A DNA stretch of 63,212 nt, the filler included, from Octopus bimaculoides (lineage: Eukaryota): the NCBI RefSeq assembly GCF_001194135.2. It is 7 parts of 6 records of this genome, joined end to end, with 100 filler letters (N's around TTAATTAATTAA, not from the genome) between each part and the next. Parts side by side here need not be neighbours in the genome. Positions count along the whole stretch, not along the records: positions 50,567 to 58,806 come from NC_068989.1; positions 58,907 to 60,889 come from NW_026328770.1; positions 60,990 to 63,212 come from NC_068991.1; 4 more parts are not named here. One strand, written 5' to 3'. The notes beneath the pieces were generated by a model that had not been told where the DNA came from, searched no databases, and saw only the letters and a list, made by a program, of their open reading frames with translations. Of the stretch, positions 51,146 to 63,212 are shown in pieces. Numbering within the stretch: the first letter of the stretch is position 1; every line of letters starts with the position of its first letter. The position numbers were made by a program, and so were the translations under genes.

Positions 51146-51165
51146 CATCATCATCACTATCATCA
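50905..51165. repeat. (TAA/TTA)n array interrupted by a ~62-bp unique island (51023-51085)
   Basis: Directly visible. The island's reverse complement is aaggcgcacagagctgcgctcggtagtgaagtgaaagcacgttataaaaataaaactactgaac, followed by (aat)n. Confidence 0.9.
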
Positions 51166-51539
51166 TTATGATGCGATTCTATTTTGCTTCCTTCTTTTGT
51201 TTCAGTATTTCTCATATTTTTAGAGTAGAGTCTGGTGTATCCATGTAACTGGAGTCGTTCCATATAAATTTCCAATTAAATTTCTCTTTTATCTAATCTG
51301 GTTGCATCACCGTGATAAATTTATAACTAATTAAACAGAAATGTATGAAATCGGAGCTGAAAGTTTCTTTTATTTTTAATAGTATTTGTTATCAATTGGT
51401 TTCAACATTCTAAATTTCTATTTCTTAATTTATGTTTATATTTGTATGAAAAATACGTACATTTACTAAGGAATATACACATATAAGCACATACCTCATA
51501 TATATGCGTATAGATATATATGCATGTATGTACGTATTC

Positions 51540-51592
51540 TTTTATTCTTTTACTAGTTTCAGTCATTTGCTCCATGCTGGTGCACCGCCATT
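51540..51592 (-). mobile_element. SINE family A extreme 3' end
   Basis: tttattcttttactagtttcagtcatttg..ccatgctggtgcaccgcc. Confidence 0.6.
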
Positions 51593-52052
51593 AATCGAAT
51601 AAATCTGTGTATGTATGCATTCGTGCATGTATGTATATGAGAATGAGAATGGTCTATATTATTCATTGCTGCTGAGGCCTTCATATGACAGATGGTCAAC
51701 ACATCCTGAAATTTACATTGTCCGGTGTAGACAGCGCTTGTATTTAACTGTTAGCTGTTTGGGAGAAGACCTCGACGCTATTAGTTTACATAGACAATGT
51801 TTTGCTGCAGGCAATAACAAATCATGTTCATGTGCATCTACGCTGGGTTACAACGCCTGCGCTCATATTCAAAAGGACATCTATAAAGATTACAGTGTCT
51901 CTCTTCACATTACTCTATCAATTATCTTGTGTCTCTGTTGTATGATTCATTTTTTTTTACGCCTATCGTCTTATCTATCTTTCTTTTGCTATAAGTACTC
52001 TGTAAAATTAGTGTAGAATTCAAAAAATACCCTTTTGCACACCGAGAGTTAG

Positions 52053-52109
<57 letters not shown>

Positions 52110-52217
52110 AAGAAATAAACAAACAAAGCGAGAGAGAGAGAGAGAGAGAGAGAGAGCAGAGATAATGGTGTTATACATCCATCCATCCATCCATCCCCCC
52201 CACATATATATATTCTT

Positions 52218-52412
52218 TTATTGTTTTATTCTTTTACGTGTTTCAGTCGTTTGACTACGGCCATGCTGGAGTACCGACTTTCGTCGAGCAAACTGTCCCC
52301 AAGACTTATTCTGTGTAAGCCTAGTACATATTCTATCGGTCACTTTTGCCGAACCACTAAGTTACGGGAACGTAAACGCCAGCATCTCTTGTCAAGCATT
52401 GTTGGGGGAACA
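52218..52412 (-). mobile_element. SINE family A 3' half
   Basis: cttttacgtgtttcagtcgtttgactacggccatgctggag..acttattctgtgtaagcctagtac.tattctatcggtcacttttgccgaaccactaagttacggg aligns to 25923-26030. Confidence 0.85.
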
Positions 52413-52886
52413 ACTGCGCATGGGCAGTCTTTTTTATCGGCAGCAAATAGAATAAATGCCGATTTTCTTCCAAAATTAGCCAAAAAAGCATTATTAATAA
52501 ATTTCAGGGTAGCAATTTGAAAAATTGAAACATGTAAGCACGAGACATGCTCTGTATTGCCTCGTATTTATATGTTAATCTTGGCTTTCCTGCTGATGAT
52601 AGCTGCTCCTAGCAAATTATTTTATTTGCTGAAGATAGCTTGAAACCATGATACAGGAAATAGAGGTAAATGTTTTTCGTTTTCTTTCCCTTTCGAAATT
52701 GCCCCTCATAGTGGTTTGGAGTTTAACTACTCCTTCTAGCGGGTTAGATGTCCTATTATGGCCATCTCTTATGTGTTTATATGTGCACTGTATTTATATG
52801 AATAATATATAGTCTATTGACTAATTTTTCTTCACGCTAGACCGCTGGTAGGAAAAACGTTTTAGATAATTGTTTGCTCCCATGAA

Positions 52887-52957
<71 letters not shown>

Positions 52958-53126
52958 TTCGTTTTGGGATTTGGTTTGGAAAATAAGAAATAAGTGGAAA
53001 TTTTACCGGTGAGTGTGTTANNNNNNNNNNNNNNNNNNNNNNNNNNNNNNNNNNNNNNNNNNNNNNNNNNNNNNNNNNNNNNNNNNNNNNNNNNNNNNNN
53101 NNNNNNNNNNNNNNNNNNNNNNNNNN

Positions 53127-53172
<46 letters not shown>

Positions 53173-53364
53173 TGAAAGAGTAGTTTAATCGTCCGTGTGT
53201 GAAACTAAAGAAAAACATGCCCTTCGAGAATTCTCAAAATTTTAAAACTTTTTACTGAGTTATACATGGGTTATATTTTCATAACGAGAATGAAAATATA
53301 TTACTTAAACAGACTGTACATGATTTAAGTGTGTTTGTATGTGTAAACGTACACAACGTGCGTA

Positions 53365-53403
<39 letters not shown>

Positions 53404-53789
53404 ACACACAATTCTTCATATGAATGTGTATGTACGCGAGTAATCTACTATTTCTACGTGAGTTTTTGTAAATGTGAGTGTTTGTGCCAAATAGCAACTA
53501 GGATTAATAATAAGCTGAGCTACGGTTTCGTTAAATCCGATTTTTCGTTTACTGTATGCATCAGCGAATCTGAAAGAAATGATTTGTTCTCAATCCTCTA
53601 TTGCCTACAATCAGCCAAAAATGCTGATTGAACGAAACTGTAGTTTGGATAATATGTAATCCTGATTAACAAATATCAGACAACAAAACCTACTGACATA
53701 ATGTGAATTGAGCACTTGTACATATTTCTATATAAGATTAGACTCTGTATCTCTCTCTCTTTCTCTCTATTTGTCTGTTTATCTGTCTG

Positions 53790-53831
<42 letters not shown>

Positions 53832-54219
53832 CATCAATTTCTCGGCCCGTCTGTCCATTTGTCTGTGTGTTTGTCTGTCCCCTTCCCAACATTTTGGCCG
53901 TTCCTTGTTCATCTTATTTCTTGCATTACACTATTAAAACCAATATTCCTAAAACTATTTATTTTTTTTAATTGTAAATTTGATTTTCAAAGCCCCCTCT
54001 CCACTCAATTGCGATTTTGGCAATTTTTGTTTCTTGAACTAAGCACTGAAAAAGGTTAGAGAATCTTTTTTCTGTTACATATTTCAAAATTTGTTTTTGG
54101 TGAGCGCAGAATCGATGATCTCCATTACAATTTCCACCTCCTTTATTTTCAAACAGAAAAATCAAGCGAAATTTCAGCAGAATAGTGAATTCTATTTATG
54201 TTTTTATTCGTTAACCCAC

Positions 54220-54508
54220 GGGCATATGGCGTAGTGGTTAAGATCGCGGGCTACTAACCCCAAAATTCCGAGTTCGATTCCAGGCAGTGATCTGAGTAAT
54301 AATAATAATAATAATAATAATAGTATCGAAAAATACCTTAAGAATAAGAACCCAGGTTCGAAATTTCCCCTAGATATCTCATGAAGGCTGCAGGGTACAT
54401 CAGCCGAAACGCTGTGTTAACAACAAACAAGATGAGTACAAATATCCGTCAAATGTAAATAATGTAAATAATGTATATAATTCCACATATCTTAAACATA
54501 GAACTGTA
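54220..54508 (+). mobile_element. tRNA-Arg-like SINE head + (TAA)n + hammerhead-bearing module (core mutated in this copy)
   Basis: A box TGGCGTAGTGG at 54227-54237, B box GTTCGATTC at 54272-54280, (TAA)n at about 54297-54322. 54323-54508 is collinear with the reverse complement of 15271-15456. The HHR at 54373-54418 reads CTCATGA and GCT instead of CTGATGA and GTT. Confidence 0.85.
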
Positions 54509-55857
54509 GTTTAACTCATATTTTAGAATCCAAGCAGTCCGTATCTGCAATTCTGTTTCTATTTATAATTTCAAGATACTTTTCAGAAGAAAAGGTGTTT
54601 GATGTAAGGGGCATTTAGTTGATGCATGCATCTATATTAAAATTAAACAACCTTATGGAAGGTATACTGGAAGGCAAGCACATTTTGTAAGCAAGCTCAG
54701 AAAAATAGCTAATAAAATGACATTGCCAAATCCATATGCATACACACTCTGCGTACACAATCATGCACGCACACTAGCACACGCACTCACAGGCACACAA
54801 TTGTTACATAAGTATACAAATATATTTGCGCATTTATTCATGAAAATACACAGAACGAAATCTACACCAGGCATACAATGTGCTTATTTAACTTTGGAAA
54901 TGTTTTCAAAATCATGGTGAAATAGAGGAGAAAAAATGGATAGACAGATAGATAAATAGATAGATAGATAAATCAATAGATGGATAGATAATGTGGAAGG
55001 CGTCCAAAATGGATTAACTCATTATTATAATGTAAAAACTGTGAGCGATTGTCAGTTCGGGTTGGGAAGCACTTCACTGTGAGCCGTGGCAAAGAGCGGT
55101 GACTCTTCTGTAATGGTAATAGTAGCGCGTCATGTATATACTGCCTTCCACCCTGCGTCGTTATATTATATATCAAATTCAAGAATATAAAAGATAGCTA
55201 GCTAGATAGATAGACAGATAGGTAGAAAGAGATAGAGACAGAGATGTAGATGGAAAAAAATATTACACATTAAGATTTTACTATAGATAGTCTTTCAAAT
55301 TAGAGCGAAAATTAACAGTTACATTAAGCAATACGATATTATTGTGGGCAATATATAAGGTTAATAGTATCGCATTGCTGGAAAATAAAATAAGTACGCA
55401 AGTAAATAGGATACATATATATCTGGAAAAGAATCGAAACGATTGCAATGGTTTTAGTGTTGTTAACGTTGCTGCATATGGTGATGATGATAACGAAAAT
55501 GATAATAAAGAGGAGGAGCAGAAGGAAGAGCATGATGGAGTCAATGAAGGTGAAGACAACGAAGACGATGACGATGATGACAATGACATTGCCAGTATGG
55601 TGGCTATAGAAGTGATGGAGGTTCTTGTAGTGATAGTAAGAATATTGACATGATGATGATGACGATGGTCACGATGATGAAGATAATGATGGCGACGTTA
55701 TTGGTGCTTGTAGTTTTGATGATTATGTCGACGACGACGATGATGGTGATGGTGATGATGATGAGGAGGAGAATGCTGACGATAATGATCATGATGATGA
55801 CGATGGTTATTGTCATTATGACTATGATTATCATTATTAGTGTCATTATTGTTGTTG

Positions 55858-56068
55858 AAGGCGACGAGATTGTAGAACCTTTAGCACGTCGATCAAAATG
55901 TTTAGCGTTATCTCGCCCGTGTGTACGTTCTGAATTCATATTCCGCTGAGGTCGACTTTGACTTTCAACCTCCGAGATCGATGAAATAAGTATCTATTAA
56001 AGACTGGGGTCGATATAATCGAATTATCCCCTCCCCCAAAATTGCTGTTCTTGAAGCAAAATGTGTAA
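55858..56068 (+). mobile_element. SINE family B followed by (TAT)n
   Basis: gaaggcgacgag..ttagcacgtc..gttctgaattcatattccgctgaggtcgactttgactttcaacctccgagatcgatgaaataagta. Confidence 0.78.
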
Positions 56069-56069
56069 C

Positions 56070-56123
<54 letters not shown>

Positions 56124-56185
56124 CGTTGTTGTTTTTGTTGTTGGTGTTGTTGTTATCATTATAATCGTTATCATCATCATCATCA

Positions 56186-56231
<46 letters not shown>

Positions 56232-56979
56232 GATACGAAAGAGGAAGTACTGAGCGAGAGATTGAGAAACTTTTGCTTGAAATGTAATCCAGATCGTGTG
56301 CTTGTGTAAGTATGTTTGTGCGCTTGGGCGTATATACATGTATGTGTGCCTGCGAGTGTGTGCATGTGTGTTAGAGAGGGAGAGAGAGAGGGGGGGGGGA
56401 GAATGCGAGAGTATCCACTTGGCAGAAGTCTACGCTGACACGTTGTTCCATAGTTCTGAATAAAGAGCTGGGAAGCAACAGAAAGGTTATTATTTGTCAA
56501 TTCACAGTGATCTTGCTTGGCAAGAAACTACCTGTAGTCGATAATGGCAGTGTATGTCTTATTCTTCTTTTAGAGCAAGGAAAAGCTCTCTGACACACAG
56601 ACGCACACATCATGCACTGACATGTATACACGCTCACAGACACGCATCAAAATAAGCGCACGCACTGATGAAAAAAAGAAAACAGAAATACAAAAAAAAA
56701 ACAAAAACAAATATTGAACAAAACATAATCAAAAAAGTAAAATCCATTACTGTTTACTATTACATCAGCTGCCAACTATATTGGCATCGGTACATACACA
56801 TAGATACGCGATGCACATACACGTACGTACATACATACATACATACACACACATACACACAAATACAGATACGTAGGTAGAAGATGCACACTAACACACA
56901 TATACGTACATATATACGCATACGAAGCCTTCTGCACACGCAATGAACACACATTCATGTACAAAGAAAATCACACACA

Positions 56980-57063
<84 letters not shown>

Positions 57064-58254
57064 ACCACATGGACACACACATGCACCTTTAAACTTACAT
57101 GTCTGTACAACATATCATACTATGTGGGTGTACGGGATCCTAAGTATATCGATCCATCGAACCAATCGGATATTAAATGTACAAAGTAATTCCATTTGAG
57201 CCGACCATTTGCGCAAGTTATAGGTTGTAGCCAGCATGAGAAAGCAAGGCTGCTGCAATAAATCACATCACCTATTCGAACATTTACTCTGTTTTATTTT
57301 TATCTATATTTAGTTTTATAGTTATGTAATTTCTCTGGTATGAGCATCATTTTAGATAATATCTTATTTCTAGAAGAATCCATCTAAAATTATGATTCTA
57401 GAGATTGATTGCGTTACGATCATATCTGTAAGATCTAGTAGAAATAAACCTACTGGATGTTCTGTAGGGTCCGAATGACAACCTCAAGGTTGAAGGAATA
57501 GCTGTTTCCTGGTAATTATGATTTTAGAATATCAATACCATATTCTATTTTGGCCAGTCATTCCCGAATATTTTTATTAAGTTTCCTTTCACTCTACTCA
57601 TCAGCTTTAATATCATTTTACTTGCAGCGTTACACTAGGACTCCTATATGAGATTATGCAATACTTTTAAGTGCAAAATGAAAACAAAAGCACTCAGTTA
57701 TTTTATTCATAACGCACAATTGACTACACCGAAGACTCATAAACCAAATATTGGTCCATCTCGATTTCATAGCATTTGGAGTCAATGAAATGGTATAATG
57801 AACTTTTATTTTCTATTAGCCCCGCTATCTAAAGATAAAATAAATATAGACAGCGTGAGCAATATATTATAACTCCCAAGCATTTCAATATTTCTCGTTT
57901 CGTAGTAGAATCTCCATCCAAATACTGAGACAACGTAATATGTATATGTATATATATAGAGAGAGAATTACTGTTGACGAATTAGAATACAATTAATATT
58001 CAGTAGAATTACGCCCTTAAATTGAGGTACCTTGTCTGGTCTGAGTAACATGCGTACTCAACAATATTAAGTGAATATCCCACTTGGTGCGTAAGTGCCA
58101 GTCACATGATATTCTCACAGTGCATGGAGATAAGACAAAGCTGAGTGGAGGAATTCGCTCTTGGCTATTCACACATTTTCTTTTCATTAAAAATATTGTG
58201 TAAAATACTTACGAAGGATAGGTGAATGAAATATAAATGAGTAACAAAGTTGCA

Positions 58255-58579
58255 CGGGTGTCAATTCATTACGGCCGTTTCTAATAATGCGTTTAATTGA
58301 TTAATACGTACATTACATCATTGCAAATAAACCGCTTTCGGCAAATGAATTCATGATCTTCAAATATAAAAAGGATCATTCTGTGAACTGAATGGTAACA
58401 GGATCAATGTAAATATTTTTACTCCGTGAATTTGTTAACAATGTCGAATAAGTTGAGCTGTCCTTTATCTCCAAAGATCATGAGTCCATCTGACGAAAAC
58501 GGTTTGTTTGCAATGATGTAATGTTCTAATTAATCAATTAAAGGAGTCGTTAGAAACGGCCGTAATGAATTGACGCCTG
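58255..58579. mobile_element. Fold-back MITE, 325 bp, ~106-bp terminal inverted repeats, Tc1/mariner-type ends
   Basis: 58255-58360 is the imperfect reverse complement of 58474-58579 (gtcaattcattacggccgtttctaa / ttagaaacggccgtaatgaattgac). TA follows the right end and CA (putative mutated TA) precedes the left end. Confidence 0.85.
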
Positions 58580-58636
58580 TACCTCTTTATTACCCATTCA
58601 TATTTGATATAGATGCATACATGCATGCATGCATAC

Positions 58637-58749
<113 letters not shown>

Positions 58750-58907
58750 CGTGCGCGTGTGTGTTAAATTTATCTGTCATTACTAGATATTTACATATCG
58801 TGAATTNNNNNNNNNNNNNNNNNNNNNNNNNNNNNNNNNNNNNNNNNNNNTTAATTAATTAANNNNNNNNNNNNNNNNNNNNNNNNNNNNNNNNNNNNNN
58901 NNNNNNT

Positions 58908-60745
58908 ACAACTCGTTGTGTTATCTCTGCGAGTCTCCCGAGGGAAATACAACAGAAGTACTAACACAATTGGATCGACATACTACTGTATTCCTGACGG
59001 GTGACTTCAACTTCCCCAACATCAGGTGGCCTGAGGGCAATATAACCCCAGGAATGACGCACGAAGAGTGAAATCAAGCAGAATCTCTACTTGACCTTAT
59101 AAAAATGCTATTCATGGAGCAGATCATACTCTCTGCAACCAGGCACAAAAATATCTTGGGCCTCTGTTTTACAAATAATGAGGAAATTATCCACAACGTA
59201 AATATATCACCGACAATATTCTCAGACCATAACTTGATGGAACTGACAGTGTATGGCCCGGAATTAACTAAAGATAAACTCCGCAAAAGATGGCGCTGAA
59301 ACCCTATTCAGCCTAAATTTCTATAAGGCTGACTGGAAGTCACTTGAAAAACAAATACTCCAGCAGGACAGGCCTAAAAGCCTATTTAAGCAAGACATAG
59401 ATATGAAACTCAATAAATTCATATCAATAATGCGAGCCTTATGCATTAAATATGTCTCGGAGAAGGGAGCCAATACACACAAAAACATCATTCCCCGATT
59501 CAGGATAAAACTCGTGCGGCAGAGAATAAAGATCTTGAATCGTTTATATAAACGCCTGAATGACTGTGAAATCCAACCTGACAGAGGAACTCATCGAGAA
59601 AGAAAATAAACTCAAAATCTCCCATGAAAAAGAAAAAGAAACCTAGGCAGTTGAACATATAAATAGAAATCCTAAAGCCTTCTACACATTGGCAAAGGAG
59701 TCTGCCTCAGTACGCTATAAGATAGGGTCACAATTTGGCAAAAACGGCTCACAAACTACAGATCCGAGGAAGATAAGTGAAGCAGTAAATAAACAATTCA
59801 GAAGTGTTTTCACTTCTCCACTGGAAAATATGCAAATAAACAAGCTCAGGGAGTTTTCCAATATAATGAATCTATTCGGAAAAGAGGCAACCATCGATTA
59901 CATCAACATAACAGAAGAGGATGTAATATCGGCCATTGATGAGATAAGATCAAACTTAGCAACAAGCCCAGATGAACTCCCGGCTGTTCTATTAAAGACA
60001 TGTAAAAAGGCCCTTGCAAAGCCACTGCAGATACTCTTTCAGAGTTTCCTTGCATGTGGTAAACTTCCCAACATGCTAAAAGAGGGTATAATATGCCCTG
60101 TCCATAAAGGAGGGAGCAAAGCAGATGCTAAAAACTACAAGCCCATCTCTCTGACCTCACATGTTAGCAAGGCAATAGAACACATTGTCAGAAAAAGGCT
60201 GATCACGTTCCTAGAAGAGAACAACCTTCTCACAAACACGCAACATGGCTTCCGTCTAGGGAGGAGCTGCCTCACACAGTTGCTGCAGCACTTTGAATGG
60301 GTACTGAAGCAACAGCTAAACCAGTCAGCTGTAGATGTGATATACCTCGACTTTGCCAAAGCCTTCGACATGGTTGATCATGGCATGATATGTCACAAGC
60401 TGCGAAACCTTGGTATTACCGGGAAACTGGGAGAGTGGCTACATGACTTTCTCAGGGGAGTCCCACAGGGAACAGTACTGGGGCCACTACTATTTGTGGT
60501 GGCCTTCTCAGACATGTCCCCCGCGGTACAGACAGCCAACCTGACTATTTATGCTGACGACGCAAAAGTATCGCTGGCAGTTAGGAGCCCAGAAGACATC
60601 ATAAAACTGCAGAAAGACCTGAACGAAATCTACAAATGGGCTACCAAAAATAACATGCAGTTCAATGCTATGAAATTTCAGGCACTCCACTATCGGTCCA
60701 AAACCATGGCAGCCAGTTTTTCTCCATTTCTTCTCTTTTCCTATC
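58908..60745 (+). mobile_element. CR1-group LINE ORF2 relic (APE C-terminus, linker, RT), 3'-truncated
   Basis: TGDFNFP (59000), FSDHNL (59222), SPDELPAVLLK, NYKPISLTSHVSK, QHGFRLGRSCLTQLL, IYLDFAKAFD, GVPQGTVLGPLLF, YADD (60550-60561). The RT frame 59689-60745 is open. Confidence 0.92.
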
Positions 60746-61019
60746 CAAACGTTTTTCTATCCAAAACGTTGGATATTCCACCCCTCACGGCAGGTTCACT
60801 GTACCCCTTTCACTTCTTTCCATATATGTGTTTATGTATGCATATATATGTATGTATATATATGTGTATGTATATATATATATATATATNNNNNNNNNNN
60901 NNNNNNNNNNNNNNNNNNNNNNNNNNNNNNNNNTTAATTAATTAANNNNNNNNNNNNNNNNNNNNNNNNNNNNNNNNNNNNNNNNNNNNAAATAGATAGA
61001 TAGATATACATGCAAACAT

Positions 61020-61246
61020 ACATATATATATATGCATACCTATATATATACATATATATCTGTATACACACACATATATATATATATATATGCATACATA
61101 TATACATACATACATACATACATACAGAAGTATGTATGTATGTATGTACGTAGGTACGTATGTATGTATGTATGTATGTATGTACGTATGTATGTATGTA
61201 TGTATGTATATACGTACGTATGTATGTATGTATGTATGTATGTATG

Positions 61247-61277
<31 letters not shown>

Positions 61278-61438
61278 GCCTATATGTACACATGTATGGG
61301 CGTGTTAAATGTGTCAAGTAGTTCAGTTGTTCAGTTCAGACTTCTTGAAAGTGTATATGTGCAGATGTGCACTTGTGGGTGTATGCGTGCACATGGAAAT
61401 AATTATAACTATTGTGGTTCACATGATTTTTCTGTCTG

Positions 61439-61504
<66 letters not shown>

Positions 61505-61582
61505 AATCTATTTACTTACCAATCTATCTATTTACTTATCTATCTATTTATTTACTTATCTATCTATTTATCTATCTATGTG

Positions 61583-61623
<41 letters not shown>

Positions 61624-61660
61624 ATATCTAACTATCATTCTGTCTCTCTATCTATGTGTC
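61020..61660. repeat. Compound tetranucleotide microsatellites (TACA/TATG/TACG, TCTA)
   Basis: Directly visible. Similar compound tracts occur at 1345-1495, 10430-10670, 38005-38110 and 63138-63212. Confidence 0.9.
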
Positions 61661-61841
61661 TGTCTGTCTGTCTGTCTCCATCCTCCCCCCACTCTCTCTA
61701 GCTATCTATCTACCTGTCTCGTTGTCAGTCTGTCCATTTAGCTCTCTATCTGTGTGTCCATCAGTCTCTGAATATATATATATATAAATATATGTGCATA
61801 TATATTGATATACACAGGTGTATATATATATATATATATAC

Positions 61842-61876
<35 letters not shown>

Positions 61877-62508
61877 NNNNNNNNNNNNNNNNNNNNNNNN
61901 NNNNNNNNNNNNNNNNNNNNNNNNNNNNNNNNNNNNNNNNNNNNNNNNNNNNNNNNNNNNNNNNNNNNNNNNNNNNNNNNNNNNNNNNNNNNNNNNNNNN
62001 NNNNNNNNNNNNNNNNNNNNNNNNNNNNNNNNNNNNNNNNNNNNNNNNNNNNNNNNNNNNNNNNNNNNNNNNNNNNNNNNNNNNNNNNNNNNNNNNNNNN
62101 NNNNNNNNNNNNNNNNNNNNNNNNNNNNNNNNNNNNNNNNNNNNNNNNNNNNNNNNNNNNNNNNNNNNNNNNNNNNNNNNNNNNNNNNNNNNNNNNNNNN
62201 NNNNNNNNNNNNNNNNNNNNNNNNNNNNNNNNNNNNNNNNNNNNNNNNNNNNNNNNNNNNNNNNNNNNNNNNNNNNNNNNNNNNNNNNNNNNNNNNNNNN
62301 NNNNNNNNNNNNNNNNNNNNNNNNNNNNNNNNNNNNNNNNNNNNNNNNNNNNNNNNNNNNNNNNNNNNNNNNNNNNNNNNNNNNNNNNNNNNNNNNNNNN
62401 NNNNNNNNNNNNNNNNNNNNNNNNNNNNNNNNNNNNNNNNNNNNNNNNNNNNNNNNNNNNNNNNNNNNNNNNNNNNNNNNNNNNNNNNNNNNNNNNNNNN
62501 NNNNNNNN

Positions 62509-62540
<32 letters not shown>

Positions 62541-63135
62541 TACATATATACATATATACATATATAAATATATACACACACATACATACATACATACATA
62601 CATAAAACGCTTTATTCTACAGCATATGTATATAGTTCTCTAACATCAAGCTCTTATTATCACCAAACCATAGCGAAATACATTACACGCACACACACAC
62701 ACACACACACACACTCATATACACACTCACACATGCACACGCACACACTCTCACACACTCACACACAAGCACACACAGCAAAACATATATGCGCACATTA
62801 ACATATATGGCCAGTCTTCCGTTAAAATTGAATTATATAACTTGCAGATAGGAAAATACTATTAATAAATTATGTAAATCTATATCTTTGATGCCGCAAA
62901 TGTTGAACTGAAAATGATCTTCGTTTACCTTTGAATCAGCACCTAATGTGTGTGTGTGTGTGTGCGCGCGCGCTCATAGATAGCCAGATTCGTAGTTAGG
63001 CACGTAACTAAATAGATAGGTATACATGTATATTAGTATGGCTATATCTATGGATGTAGAGTAACGTGGTAACCAAATAACGGGATAAAGGTTCTTGAAT
63101 GCACATTACGAGGTTTTTACCCGAATTATACCCAA

Positions 63136-63212
<77 letters not shown>

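Noticed and set aside
51615-52016. 133-aa Cys-containing ORF
   Set aside because: It begins and ends in low-complexity sequence, has no recognisable domain, and is of a length expected by chance.
54220-54292. Functional tRNA gene
   Set aside because: The acceptor and anticodon stems pair poorly and the sequence runs into a repeat body; it is a SINE head.
57468-57511. Candidate 44-nt exon (ctgtag|GPNDNLKVEGIAVS|gtaatt)
   Set aside because: The polypyrimidine tract is weak, the peptide is unrecognised and there are no supporting neighbouring exons.

Overview
Repeat-dense eukaryotic DNA with many N gaps and microsatellites. The SINE/LINE families and the N44-TTAATTAATTAA-N44 join spacers suggest an octopus (cephalopod) draft assembly; this is inference. 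I could not support any host protein-coding exon, rRNA, true tRNA gene or CRISPR array. Almost all long ORFs in the track are artefacts of N gaps or simple repeats. The interpretable content is decayed mobile elements: RTE, L1/Tx1, CR1 and R4/Dong LINEs, a Penelope-like (RT + GIY-YIG) element, two mariner relics, Helitron/Helentron pieces, a fold-back MITE and several tRNA-derived SINE families. The most notable signal is a minimal type I hammerhead-ribozyme motif (intact at 15361-15406, minus strand). It belongs to a repeat that at 54220-54508 carries a tRNA-Arg-like Pol III head, so it looks like a SINE/retrozyme chimera. One locus holds two of these modules head-to-head between a 14-bp direct repeat. 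Other observations: a Helitron nested in a Tx1 RT, a PHD-type finger inside an RTE RT, R4/Dong pieces stacked in a (TAA)n array, and a CpG-depleted domain at about 39.4-49.7 kb. All calls come from manual reading and translation; element boundaries are approximate unless a junction is quoted.
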